From Pavona decussata (lineage: Eukaryota), in assembly GCA_977016875.1 (NCBI GenBank), contig CDRNST010000004.1, positions 1,488,001-1,552,000 of the forward strand: DNA of 64,000 bases. Direction: 5' to 3'. Positions 38,481 through 53,100 of the stretch are shown here, piece after piece (the stretch's first letter is position 1; every line of letters begins with the position of its first letter). A program made the position numbers and the translations under genes. The notes under the pieces were generated by a model. The model made no database searches. It had not been told where the DNA came from and saw only the letters and a program-made list of their open reading frames with translations.

Positions 38481-39946
38481 TTACGTGATATTTTAAGTTT
38501 CGCTTGGCTCACAGGTTACGAAAATGCGAATATAACCCAAATCGGCGCGTAAAAAATTGGTTCTTTATTGACTTGAAAACGCTCTTTCAGATTTTTTTTC
38601 CTAAGTTCGCTGAAGAGTCGTCTTAATGGAGTAGTTCAAATCCTGGAAGTTTTGTTGTAAAAGTCAATGTCCGTTACGAACAGAAATTACATAGATAAAT
38701 CGGAGCTTGAAAAACCTTATCACTAGAGAATGTATGAAGCACATGCAGCCATTGAAGATAAAGTTCTTGACAGGGAACACTAATATGATACGAACCATGC
38801 AGCATTGCATGCGTGTTCACGGTAGGGGAGGGGTGGGCAAACGCGTGTTTCTGGCGATGGCTTATTTGCATGCTGCCGTAATTTTCATCTAACACATTTT
38901 TAATATAAAGATAATAACCTTTTTAAAATAGAGAGACAAATAAGATAGATCACAGGGCTGGTTTAGGAGAAAATGACCATTTAGTAATTGGCAGGTCTTA
39001 GCATTAACCATGGTTAAACGTACAAAATAAGAAAAGGCCGTTAAAGAAAAGGTTTTTACTTTGAGAGCTCAAAGATAAGTTTTTTGTGACTGTGAAATGT
39101 GAAAATGTGAAATGATTAAAATGAGTAAACTCACTGAGGCAGAAAAAAGTTATCATCTTTGACGGTCTTAAAGCTAAAACCTTATAGTTTGACTGCGGTC
39201 TAGGCTTAGCATTGAGAAAAACCCGCCTTTACAACGTGCGCGCTAATGACGCGAGAAATTCTGTGCTCTAAGAATGCGCAATGCAATTCAATTCAATCAC
39301 CTTATTTAAAGCGTGTCGTATATATAAGCTGTTGTCTCCCTAAAGGATCACTTAACATGGGAATAGGGCAAAATAATTCTCGCGTTTATTGCCAATGCGA
39401 AACTACTCAAAACGGTAACCAGCGACGCAGGACAATCATCACGTGTCAATTTTGCCGTTGCCGTCATGACACCTCGCGCTCCCCATTCTACGTTCGTCTC
39501 CAATCTTCTCTCGCCCCACAAACAAATAACGACTGGGTGCGAGTGGGTGACCTCAAAAGTTACCTGCGTCGTTAAGATGTATGAAAACCCAACCCAGAAC
39601 CCGATTGCGGCTACACATTGTTTATTTATGCAATATTTTATTACAAGCAATTTTCAAGAATTACCCTATACAACGTGTAATCAATTGATGGTGATATCAG
39701 AACTAATAAATAGCCCTAAAATGTATTATACAACTAAACATAGTAAACTATGTAACTTGTTAATTTAAATATTCTTACGAATACCATACGAGTTGTGGCT
39801 GGAGCATTTTGGATACACCACAACACATTTAAGTTTAAGTAAAGCATCCAAAATTCACGGTATGGATTCATTAATATAATTTCAAAACTGCGCTAACTTA
39901 GGACAATTCTCACCCTTTTTTTTTTTGACTGGATGACACGCTTTAA

Positions 39947-40354
39947 GGGGGGACTTAACGTAAACGCCATTTTATCGCACTTTACATGGCTTTAATGGAA
40001 ATATCTCGTTCACGTTTCGAGCGATCCAAAAACTCTATGTTCATCCCGTAAATCTATGTTGTGGGGTGTTTTGTGAATTTTGGGGTGATTTTTGGGTATA
40101 TTTGGGAGGGGATAGTTTTTCTAGAAGGATTGGTTAATTTAAGAGAAATAAGAAATATTGAAGAATTAGTGAAGTTTTAAAATGAGAATTTGTAGCTAAT
40201 AATTAATAGACGGATACCTAGTTAGTCCACTAGCGACCTGGGGTGCTCTTGCGTGGGTTTCAACTGTCTGTTAGTGTTCCAAAAATCACTTTCTTTCTTT
40301 TATCCCTTCTTAAAACCACTTCAAATTTCATTAAAATTTAGGTTAAGTCCCCCC
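39947..40354. mobile_element. TTAA-flanked MITE (408 bp), Kolobok-like
   Basis: TTAA|GGGGGGACTTAACGTAAA ... TTTAGGTTAAGTCCCCCC|TTAA: 18-bp TIR with 1 mismatch, TTAA TSD and GG termini. Confidence 0.8.
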
Positions 40355-40539
40355 TTAAGCGCTGACAGGATCATCATCATAAAAAAGTGGATAAAACATG
40401 TACATTACCTAGTTATAATCCTAGGTGAACAAGGAAAAAACACTGTAAAAGAAAGCATCCCCATAAAAGTAGAAGACAAAAAGAAAACATAACAAACGTG
40501 AAACATCAAAATAAGAAAACCCTTCTAACAATTTTCCAA

Positions 40540-40674
40540 TAGAGTGTGTGCACGGCGGCCATGTTGGAGGACTAAAACAATAGAAAATATTTGCATAAAA
40601 ATAGAATTTTTTTCCCAAAGGAAAATTATTGTATTGTTTCGGTCCTCCAACATGGCCGTCGTGGACACACTCTA
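40540..40674. mobile_element. Small MITE (135 bp) with TAG...CTA termini
   Basis: TAGAGTGTGTGCACGGCGGCCATGTTGGAGGAC ... GTCCTCCAACATGGCCGTCGTGGACACACTCTA: arms of about 33 bp with 2 mismatches. Confidence 0.8.
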
Positions 40675-41111
40675 GACACCTTTTCAATCCCAGGGAAAGA
40701 TTCTATGGTCTTAAACGAATGACATCACGTGTCAGTAAAGTGTAACTACCTCAATAACTCCTAATTTGATTCAAGCATGTTAAACCCAAACCCACTTTCC
40801 AATTCAATATGTATCTAATAAAACTCCGATTTTTTGTTAAGTCGAGGCACAAGTATGTACTTATGACATAGGTCAGTGTCACGTGACTAAGTTGTTATGT
40901 GAGGCGACGAGCATGACGCTGACTTGTGCACTGGAGTTCTTCAAGATGTGTTACATGGTGTAGTGTGTTGTTAATGAAAATTTTCTTTCTCGAAGGTGTT
41001 GTGACTTGAAGAATTCAAACGTGGGGGATAGGCAGAGCGGTCACGTCCTGCATTGTTGTAGGGTGTGGTTGTGAAAATGTTTCCTTTCGGCGGTGCTGTG
41101 ACTTGAAGAGT

Positions 41112-44100
41112 TCAGACGTGGCAGTCAGTTATTGACAAGTGGCGCTGTCGCCGTCTTACATTCCAGTGAAGGCACTCGGCCAGACTTTTGAACCAGTCCG
41201 CTATCTGATTCTCGCTATTTACACACGGCACCGGATAAATGGAAGTCGTAATTTGTATACTGCGGAGAAGAAAAAATGAAATGAGAAAATTCGAGGCGCT
41301 TCACAGGAATCTAGATAAACATCAGATACAACTGTAAAATTCCAAATGTAAGTCTTGGGCTCATATTCGTTCAAATGACTTTTCTATTGCTTATTCATTC
41401 AGTTTCGGGGAGGGATTGTTTTCCGATTTCGGAGGGGATTTGTAACTATATGGAGGAAATGTTGTTTGACAGAAGAAACAGCTTAGAACTGTGAAGTGAC
41501 ACCCTAAAGCACTTTTGACAGCCCATATTATCAAATGGATAGGAGGAGAGCTCAAGCTCATTATTTTATGGTATTCCATGATGGTTCCAGAGTTTCCTCA
41601 TTGACACTAAATGCCCTGAGGCGGTGCTTGGGCACGACCATTACATTAACGCGTCACGTTTTCAAGTAGTGCCCATGCCCAGACACGTGAAAGGGTACCC
41701 ATCCGCACACAATTTATGGATGTTTGTGGTTTACCTTTCACCCACCGCCTAACGCCCAGGTTCCCAATTAATAATGCCAAAATGATTAACACTAAAGAAA
41801 CCTTTGGAATTGTGCTTTCCAAGGTAAGAGATAGTTAACACGGTGTCTGAACATGGTTTCCTCTAGTATAACACGAACACCAACTCTAAACCGGGCCTCA
41901 TTACAGTCTCGCTGGACATGGAAGGGACATGAATCGACGAAGATACATGCTCCTCTTCTACGACCAGCAGTAAATAGCACCAAGAAGCACAAGATATATT
42001 TCTATAACATCGTAAAATGAAAAGAAAAATCTCTTTCAGTGGGGATGCAGTGATCACCAAATTGCTGCGATGTACCCTTGAATTCGGCTGAAGAGTTACC
42101 GTGGAGGGTTAATTCACAATTGTGGTATAACGCTATAAGCAAAGTGATTGAAGTGGGGTTGTGGATCACAACGCACGTTTCACACAATTGTTCTAGAATT
42201 TTACTTTAGTTGAATAAAGATATATTTTCTTCTGGAATATTAAATGCCCTGGGTCGTAACAGACTCCTATGCAGCCCGGTTGCTTGCCGAAACAACGACT
42301 ACGTGGCTTCGTAGGCCACTGTGGGTCATAGCAGCCGCTTGGACGTAAGGCTATGTAACACAGCAGCATAACTCACTTACCTGTCACCCACGTGAAGCTC
42401 TTGACGGTTTCTACCATCAAAGGAAGTCCACGCAGAACTTCTGCTCTCTGGACTCACCACAATCTGAAAAAAATAAAAATAATAAATAAATAAATAAAGA
42501 AATAAATAACCAAAGGTTGCCACTAAATAAAATGGTTTCGAGAGCTTCTGAATCTCTTACGACGACCAATCCAATTTAATGATAATAACAATCCTTATAC
42601 AGGGAGCCCACATCACGAAAGTGATATTCATTGGGGCTAACTCACTTCACAAAACCATTGCGATTTTTCATTACCACTCATAATACCTAAATGTACAAGA
42701 ACAAACAATGTTCCTAACAATTCCTGCTATCCCCCTCCCCCACCCCCCCCCCCCCCCAACTAAATGCTGGGTGGAAGTCAGAAAGCTAAAAGTACACTTT
42801 TACAAGTGGGAGGGCCGAAGGGCGTTCAAAAATTACCTTTAGTTCGACTCCCGCCGGAAGAATGATGGGCCTAAATGAGAGTGAGTGTGGGCAGACTGGG
42901 GTCACTAAAATAGCGGCCACACTGGGATGAACCATCGAGGCTCCTGCAGCCACTGCATATGCTGTGCTACCAGTTGGAGTGGAGACAATTAGACCTGGGA
43001 TGAAAGCAAGGAAACAAACGTCACATAACACGCTACTACACAGGCCAAGGCTTATAAGTGGATGAATATAAGGGTGCCGAAAGTACTGAGGTTAACAACA
43101 ATGGAGCTTCTTTTCTCTTTTGAACTGGCAACTTGTTTTGCGCCGCACTGCATGTTTTGTAAACTTTCGTACTGTTACATGCAAGTTCCTTGTTAATCAC
43201 TTCCCAACCTCCTTCCCTTTGTAACATCATGAGGATTTATCAATCTGGACAAAACTGCAAAATTCCTCGACCTTGTCATAACCCACTGGTCTGTTTTTTG
43301 CGATCAGACTGCCTGAGTTTTCCTTCTCTCTCTCTCTATAAGCCGCCCCAATGGGTATGGGTTTTGAGCCATTTTGGTCTGAAAACGGGTACAGATTTTG
43401 ACCATTATGGTCTTAAATCGGGTATGGTTTTCAAGGGAACCACGAGAGCGTATAAACGTATTTTATTTTAAAAGAGAAAGAGAAGTATGCAAAATATATC
43501 ATTCGAGCTGAATTTTTCGGGTGAATTTTACCAATTCTTGACTTCGTCACTGATGCGAAGCTCAATTACGCTACAAGGTCTGAAAACGGGTATGGAAAAC
43601 GGCAAGTTTTGGTCTGAAATAGGGTCAGGATTTGGAGAACCGGGCGGCACACACCTACCGCAATTTCACTTAATGCGAACACGTGGAACAAGTAATTGAC
43701 TAATTGACGCTAAAGCATAATACATTTGTTTCGCAATTTTTATGAACTGAAAGGTTTCAGGCTAGGAGGAAAACGATTATAATAAGTCTTGAGTTTATTT
43801 GTAATGATTAACAAGTTACTGAAATATAACCGAGAGCATTTAATCTTACCGTCTCCTTGTACGGATGTGATGTGATTGTCATTGCAATATATTTCCAAGT
43901 TTGTGAGATACGACGACGGACCACGGTCAACAACGACTTCGTTCAGAACCTGTGAAACAACATTTTTTATGCTCACTGAGACAAGGAGAAAGAAACATTA
44001 ATGGTAGTGAAGCGACACGTTAACACAGAAAAGAAAACCGGGAAAACTAGAATTAAACGGGCTCCAAACTCGTGACTAATGTATTATCTGGACAAATCCT

Positions 44101-47100
44101 TTATTGACTGAATTGTGCCGAGCTGTTTTGTCTGTTGATTTAGTACCCGGTTTTCCTTTTCCCTTACGACTAACAACACAATTTCCTTGATTTTTTATTA
44201 TTGACTTTTTTGTCGCCGTGAAAGAAGAGGACGAGTATCAGAAATCAGAAGTAACAACTAGTTCTGGAGATGCGTTACTACGGTTTTTCCAAAAGTATGT
44301 CGATGGAACAACTGCGCACCCACATTATATCTTTGCCTCTCTGAAGTACCAGAAGCGCTTGACTTAATGCCAAGATTCCTTAATGCTGTACGGCTCTCTA
44401 AACGAGTCTCTCATGCATGGAATATCACTACGAGATATGTTAACTTACCAAGTAGCGTGATTTGTTTGTTTTAGTTTTATCTTCCTTGTCATGCTTGAAA
44501 AAGTCACACTGTAGTCTACTCCTCAGCGTCAAGCCTGCACGACCTAGAAGAGGGAGATGGTTTAGTTGTCATGCGTATATCCAGTGAGTCTGTCAGAGCG
44601 GTAAAATATGGTGTATAAATGAGCAATGCCGACTTGCTATTGCTAAGGCAACTCAACCAAATGCTCTGGGGATGACCTGGGATGGCCAAGTGTACTACTA
44701 TTCCTGTTCCTCTAAAATGATTACTGTTGTATTTGATATTTTACCATTACGAAGCAAGATTACTAGCTTGTGATCATCGTCTTCATTGTCGGTCACTTTT
44801 GTGTTATACGCCTTGTGCTCTCAACAGTTTAACCTCTGTCTCACGAACTAGAATTTACCTTCAAGAATGCCGGTTACTCTCTCTTGAAAATCTTGAAATC
44901 TGAAAGACGTCAAGAATCCCAGCGAACCGAGATGAAACGCCATGACAGGAGGGCAGCTAAACTGTGGAGTGAAAAAGAAGAATCAAAACTGAATAAATTT
45001 ACAACTTATAGTCATAGTCGGACAGGAAGAACTTCATTTCCAAACTGAGCATATTACAATGGAGAGGCGACGTTCTTATCTGGGGTTGCCGGCTTCATTT
45101 TCTCTTTGGACTTCTCCAGTGTTAATTACCCACTGGTAAGAGTAGCTGTTAAATTACCAAAGCCAGCAAACTCCAAAAGCATGCAGAGGAAGAAGAAGGA
45201 GGAGGAAGGGGAGAAGGGGGAGGGGCGGACGCAGAGACAGAGAGGGATGAGAAGGAGAAGGTGCGCTCCTCTTTCAAAGTCAATAAAACGGGAAACGAGT
45301 GAAAAGTTAAATGGTATGGAATCTTCCGAAGTGCGTACCGAACGACTGGAAAAGAACAGTACCTCTGAAAATTTTGTGATCTATTTGATTTCCAACTAAA
45401 ACACCCAAACGCTCACACAACTCTGTCAACCGCGGAAAGTTTTGGAAAGAGGTTTTGAGACTAGTCTTACTTGTCTCCAGTAGTTTGGTAACATGTTTGC
45501 CAGCTGTTCTTTTCACGATCACACGCGCCTACTTGTGTTTACAAACACAGGTTTGCCAATTTGTGGTGTTAACGCCCCTTTTTTCTCACCTGAAATAAAG
45601 AGGACGCATGCAGAAGTGTACCGTCGCCTCCCATGCACACTATGAAGTCGATTTTGTCATCTAGCTGATCACCTTGAATAAAAAATATTAAAAACATAGA
45701 AATGATCATTGTTTGTTTGTTGAAGTCATTACTCATGACATTTCAAACCGAATGTCAAAAGCTATTACAAAGACGACGCCTGGATAAGGATGGTAGTATA
45801 CCAAGTAGAGAATTCGCCCTTTTACAAGTCGGAAGATCCATGATTGGTTCTTACAACAATGCCTTTTCTGCTGGTCCATTAAGGAAAACTATTTGAATAT
45901 TATATACATGCATTAAAGCCATTCAATCTCACTGTAAATGAGGTTAATAGTCCAGGCGGTGCTGCTGGCTAAGATAACGACGAACAACGGCCAGTAACCT
46001 TGTTGCGGTAAGATGTTGGCTCTGTGTTGGTTGTTTAACCGCGCAGTCTTGTCCGTTAGCGAAACCCCGACTTTGAATCCAGAAAAAATCATCAAAGGAG
46101 CTGCTTATAAACGAAATGTTGAAGGTAGTTTTCACTAATTACCTTGTTTGAAAATACAAAGTTTGGACCTCACAGCTGAGAATTTTTCATCCTTCAATAC
46201 CGTAGGGTCATCAACAGCTGACGCTTCCACAAAAATTACCATTTTCTTCTCCTACAACAAAAACAGATAAAAGGTATTTAACTCCCTTTCCGCAATGCTC
46301 CTTCGGGAAATAAAGCCAATGTCCAAGTTTCCAAAAAGGTGATGCCAAGCCACCGTACCTCGACCAGCCACCGCGTGAGTTCTTTAAAGCACTTTGTGAC
46401 TTCAGGGTCCATGAGTTTTTTAATTACTAGTACATTGAGGGCCGGCTTGTTCCACGCTAGGTAGTGTTCTGAAGGATCTACATGGCTACTAAAAGGACAA
46501 GAAGAAAGAAAACAAAGTGAGGTGATTCGCTGAGTTCAAGGTGTTTCGGAAATAAGCTAAGCTGCCCAGCTTTAGCACAGAAATGACCGCCAGATCGATG
46601 CGCACGGACGACCACAGAAACGGAAATCACCACAACAACAAAAACAAAAACCAGGTAGCAAACAGGTAGGTCAGATAGCAAATACCAAGATCTGAAGAAG
46701 CTACACTCTTTCTGGAGTAAAAGGGTAGGTCGCCAAATTACGATGCCAATATTTCAGGGTTTCTGAATCTTTAACTTACTTCTTTTGTGTTAATTTAAAA
46801 GAGGACTACTGTTCGTGTCTATGCTGTCATGCCTAAGCTACTCGCGTGTCTAAAAAACAGTCAAATAACTGTTCAACTCGGTATCGTCAAACAGTTAAGG
46901 GCGTTAATAATTATACCACGCTGCTTATATCTGACCGCATTCACAAACACTAAGCTAAATGACTGCATGTTATGAGCATAAATAAATTGTTATATATACA
47001 CAATCTCGGCGACTTATCTTTCGGTTTTGGCCAGCTTGCGGACAAAATAAGCGTTTCAGTAACACGTGTTAACAGGTTCGACTGTTTGCTCTTTGCATTG

Positions 47101-50100
47101 TCCTGATTCTACGGTGATCAAATGTTCTCCTGGTAGGAATTCACAAAAGAGATCCCTCTGTTTTCATAACCTAATCGTTACCAAGATATGTTTAAATTGT
47201 ATTTTATTTTCTAAATAGTATGAAGTGTTCGCCTTAAATCATTTATGATCAAAAATTTTTACTTTTCCCATCTTCTTTTGTGATTTCTTTGTTTTTTATC
47301 GAGCTCATACCCTCGACACCTCTTCTGATAAGAATTCTTTAGTCGTGATATTCAAATTTCAGTATGTCGCACCGCAATTAAAGGAATCATTGTACAAGTG
47401 GTTGTTCATCCATATTGAAACATCACTATTTGCAGTTGCTGCAAATCTTGTAACTGTTCAACTTTTTGTCGACAGAAATGTGCCCCGGCCATGTGCCGGG
47501 CCATGACTTTAATATTCCTTTTCTTGCTCAGTATTTATGCATAAAGAATTAGCTGATGAAGAAGGTCCAATACTAAACACAAATATTGACATGTCACTAG
47601 GCAAAAAGAAAACAGCTTCAAGAGGTAATAGATGTGTATTGATAAGCCGCCATTTTATAAACAAACGACACTTGAAATGATGTCTTTGTGGAAAAAGCTC
47701 AAGAACAATGACGAGTACAATGCCATGTTAAATTCGTAAACCAAAAAAGATTGTCATTTAGCAAAGAATAATTATTCCGGAGGAAAAGCAGATATCGAGT
47801 CACGCCACCTATTTTTAAGCGAATAAGCAAAGGAACAAATAACTCTACTATTTTTAAACAGATTCATGGATGTTCAGGATAGAAATGGATTACAACTTTG
47901 ACAAAATATAGACAAGTTCTTCCTTCATTTCTCGGAAGATTACTAATTAAAAATCGTTTACGGTTTGTTTTTCCTTTCAGAACTGAATCACTAAATAAAC
48001 TATTCAACGGGTATTTTGTGTACGAGAAAATATACTTAGTTGACCCCCAGACACAGAAAGAAAGCACCTTTAATAATAACGGTTGGACAGTGAATGCACA
48101 CAAATTAATGCGTGAAATTCACTTACAAAGCAGATGAATTTAGCAGTCACCCAAAACATCCTATTCGCTGAGTGATTGAACTCTCTACTTGCCTATATTA
48201 ACCTGAGCGACGTCTTATAGTGTACCATATGCCATTTAAGAAAGCAAATGTCAGTTTTCCTGCGTCCCAGGTCCTTATAATTAGCTTGTTATGTACCAGT
48301 TATTGCCCCAATCGAATATATCTTAATGGAGAGAAGCGGGGACGGTAGGTTTATTTTGCAAAACGGAATGTGAGTATAAGAAAAATTAATTCAGCCGAAT
48401 GAGGGAACGTACGCTGTAGTGACAAACAGTTAGGCAAGGCAAGACTGCGTGAACAAAGACAGTAAAAACCTGCAAACTTTCAACGGAACAAAGACCCGAC
48501 AGTTTATGAAGAAACTATATTTAACACTCAGAACGTATTCCATTTGAAAGAAAACAAACATCAATGTATCTGGCACAGGATATAACGTGGACAGTCATTC
48601 GGAACACAATATCGGACTCTTCAGTTCAGATACGTGATCAGCGCAACGAAAAAAATGGACATTGCCATTCTAGGTGCGATTAGAAGCTTGTCATGGTTTT
48701 GGTAGAAAAAAAAAATCATTGAAGACTAACAATAGCACTTTGAGAGAACAAACAACCGAACATTAACATTCTTTCTTGGTTCAAACTCAGAGAGCCTTGT
48801 AATGTGTTTAGTTCTTCTTTCGATAACGCTTCCACTACTGTGATCACTAGAGTAGACAAGCAGGTTTAAAACAGCTTCAAAGATGAACTTTTCCTAGGAG
48901 TTAGCATGCTATGTGGACTTGAGACTACTCAATGACTAGTTCGAATCAGCCATAAGAACAGCATGGCTTTGAAGTGAACGTTTCGCAAACCCAAGACAGT
49001 ATACGTAGTGCTGAGGAAGAGAACTAATTGTTAGAGATTGCCGTACCAACGTCGACACGTTCTGAATGGTCAATGAAGGTTTTTTCAGAGTGGCAGGCAC
49101 CTAGAATAAACAAGAAAGCGTATGAGGAGGAAACAATTCTGCTGTTTACATTTTGCAAATTCAAGACTTCGAAGCTAACGTGTGTGACCTGACGACGGCA
49201 GAGTGACTGAAATTTTTAATTAATGATATTTATTATGAAGGTGTGTTTCAAAGTTCATCTTGTTGTTTATACATATACATTTATACGTAAAATTTCATTC
49301 TCATATAAACAATATTAATGAGGGTATTGAAGAATACTACTGAAGTGGAAGAATATTACTGAATACTACTGAAGCATACTACATGTACTGAAGTGAAAGA
49401 CAATCAGCCCCACTCTCTCCAAGGACTGACCAGTTTTTCAGATTGATGGTATCTCATCGGCTTTAAACTCTTCTCCACGTGACTGATTTTAGCGATGAGC
49501 TAGGCTATAATGCTCATGAATTATTAAGTTAAAAAAAAACGTGATGAGCTAAGCACTTCAAGAGATTGTTGTATCTTGATGTTAAGAAACAAGCCTGGCA
49601 AAGCTTGTAAATTATAGCCACGGTCCTCTTTTATTAGTCTCCTCTGACGCGAGAGTGCTCGTGCCTCTCATTAACACCCTCTTTGCACGGGAAGCCTTTC
49701 TTCGGGGTCTACCCTTTGATCAAACAAATTCTCCAGCAATCTGCAATAAATTGAATTGCTTGTTCTTTCTGTGTGTCTCAAAGTAAATTTGGGCCGGAAG
49801 GATGCGGTTAACATTTTGCAAGTAAATCATACTTACATTGAAAAAAACTTCTTCCACTTTTGCGAAATTCAGTTACGCCCTTTCTACACCTCTCACAAAT
49901 CTTTCCACCACGTGAACTTGCGGTCTTGAAACAGGCCGTGAAAGTGTCTCTATTTAACGTATCCCAACGTCAATCGTTTTGTCGTTTGATATTAATCTTT
50001 TGCCACAAACAACACACTTATAATCCGCTAAATCTACCGAAATTACGAGGCACACGAGAAGAATCTCAATTCGAATTTCCCGCGCCATCTTAACGCCCCC

Positions 50101-53100
50101 AATCACGCAATCACCGTTTAGCGGATACACGTGTGATCATGTAAATTTCCCTCCTGCTACCACATACAGAGAACAACATTAAACAATGATAAACAAAGAA
50201 ATCGCATAACAGGTTTAACGAACAAAATTTAAATTGACCGGGCACGATTTACACTGCTAATGGCACGGAACATACCGAAAACATAAGGGACCAAAATGCC
50301 CGTCTGCATGTGAAATAAATTTGGAGGCTCTTAAAAACATCAAAGAAATTCCTAGCTGAAACATGTAAATTTGTCCGGATCATTCAATCAATGAGCATGA
50401 TCTCTGGATACGAATTTTTTATAAAAAGATTGTGTCAGTGAAGTCGTAGATTGTGTAACTGTTGAGATTCGCTTTGAAATAAATAGTGCTATTTACCATT
50501 GTGGACACATCTCTTGTAAGATCCTAAAATTCGGCTCTCGTAAGGCAAACTCAATATGTCCACTCGGCTTCATGCAAGAATGACCACATCTCCATTTGCA
50601 GCCGGAATGCGCGTGTCTCTTCCAGCACCTTCTACCTGGACGTGTCTTGTGCGAACGAGGCATCAGACAGCAGCAAAGATGCGACGAAGATGTTGTCATC
50701 GGTGCGAATTCCCCGTTACCAATATCAACAGGTCAGCTTATCCGTTACAGCTGACAAATACAGTCTATAACAAGCGTGTTTAAGCCAAACACTTGGATGA
50801 CGAACAACACAGACGAGCACGCACTTCCTTTGTCGCTTTTAGGAGGGCTTGCGCGCCAATGATTTTGACAGAAGAAGCTGAAAGATGACGTAATGAATTA
50901 AGGCGGCTTTCCACTTTGTTAAAGTAGTCTCAACTTCGAACGAATAGCTGGTAAAATTGACTATTGTTTATGCCGCAGCCACGCACAGCAGAAACCGAAT
51001 ATATTAGTCTCAAGTATATATTGTTGAATTGTTCTAATAAAAAATTTGAATGCTTAATCAAGTATGAAGCATACTGCAGGCCAAAAAGGAAATTTACTGC
51101 GGGAGTGAGATTTCACCAGTATTTTTTCTGTCACCATTTTACTGTGTGTTTGAGGTGCTCCACGCTAGTCTGGATAAACTTACAATCTGACTATATGTAG
51201 ACTCATTATTACTGCATGTAAATGAAAGATGGCGTTTGTGGTTGACTAAAAGCACGAGCGCTCGACGAGGAAAATCACCACAATATGATATATATTCAAA
51301 TGATATCAATCCAATCTAAGCTGAAACGGACAGAAGCTTAAGTGGCAAACTCAATCAACGTTAATTTCTTAGTCGACTCGAGCTACAAGCTGTTAAGGTC
51401 CCTTTCCTCTGACGCAAGATTTGGTTCTACGTACACTGTATGACGCAAATAGCATGTTTGGTTTGTTCTTAAACCAAAGCAGATATCATTTTGTACCCCA
51501 AAAGTGTAACGACCGCAAATATCATTAATGACGTTTATGAAATTTTATTTGTTCATGGCACTCACGATTTAACAAAAGATCCTTACAAAAACATTACCAA
51601 CAAGTTGACTTTTTATAAGACAAGTATCCAAGTAAACGCGTTTTCGTTCGGTTGACCGACTTCATTGTCGGCGCTAAAAGGAAAAAACCGACCGCAATAT
51701 ATTTCATAAATACTTTTATTTATAGAAATCAGAAAACTTTTATACAGAAGGAATCTAGTCTTTTGCGCATGCTTAGAAATCAGCTGGAGCCTGAGCCGAC
51801 ACATCACCTGACAATTTCTGCAGGAAGCAGCGCTCTTTTAGGATAAAAACAAGCACTGATTAAGAATCATACGCACCCATTTGTAACAATAAAAAACATA
51901 ACATAAATATAAACTTGACTGTCAAGCTGTGCATCTTCTTTATCATGATGTACTGCGATTTCGCGTAGATAGCATTCTGCTCATGCGCTTAGGAAAAGGG
52001 TATAACTGGTTTGACAAGTCACGAATCATCACCAAACCATGAAACGCGGTGAGTCTGTGAGCGAGTGAATATTCCAGATAGTCGAGGCTGCGCGCGAGAA
52101 AACGAAGGAGCCAAACATGTTCGACGAGAATGGAGCAAGAAAATCAGTAGCAGCCAGCAGTTTACTCGAATGAGAACAAGAACCCACTCGGCGCTTGATT
52201 AGCTCTAAGATCTAGAATGCGACTGTTAGCAGCCTATACGTCACAAGAAATGATGAAGTACAAAATACAAATACAATAAACTGCGAAAATACAAAACACA
52301 AACTGCAATATGTCTTTGACGAACAGGTTGCCTTCATTCTAAATTGATAGCTAACCGCCATTTTCAGGACTGATAAAAGCAACTCATGGCCTGGAGAAGG
52401 AGAGTTAAACTGTTGGCAACATTGCCTTAGAAGCTAAATAGACTTTAGTCTCGGAAAATCCCGTTGAAAGACGCATTGGAGTTTTTCTATTGTTTTTACG
52501 AGAATATGCATAAAAGAGTAAAAGTTTCAGAAAACTATGTTTCAAAGTAAGCAATCTGGTGCACAAAACAAGTTTCGCCAATGAAAATTGGTCGTTCATT
52601 TGAAAACGTAGCAACGGAGTTGTCCCCAGATTCTCTTTTCACTAACCTTCAGCAGCGGAATGTTGGTTTGAAATTTCCACATCATTCATGAATCATCATC
52701 CAAACAAACCTTACTTTCACCATATTTTGCTCGTAAAATTAATCCAGTACCTAAGGAATTATTAATGGTACAAAATATGAAAATTTGCTTTGCTCACCAC
52801 TGACACATCACTTCATTGTAATCCTGTCCAAAAAATGCTTATTGACCGGAAGGCCGCCGATACAAACACCTGTTTCTTCCTCGCGTGCTAAAACTGAGAT
52901 GACATTCTTTAAACAGAAGTTAAGGCCATGGCAGTTGCTTAGCGAATAACGACGCCACAACAAAAATAATTGTTGAACAGCTGTAACGTTATCTATGAAA
53001 AAGTTCAGCGGAAAACTCTTCAGCGATAGCGATTGTGGTTTTGACGGCTGCTGTGGTCTCTGTGGTTTACCCTTACTATTAAAATTTAATATTTTTCAGC

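Noticed and set aside
41112-41114. NADK TGA as a selenocysteine codon
   Set aside because: It lies after the conserved C-terminal WNVR motif, at the expected end of the protein, and no convincing SECIS was seen by eye.
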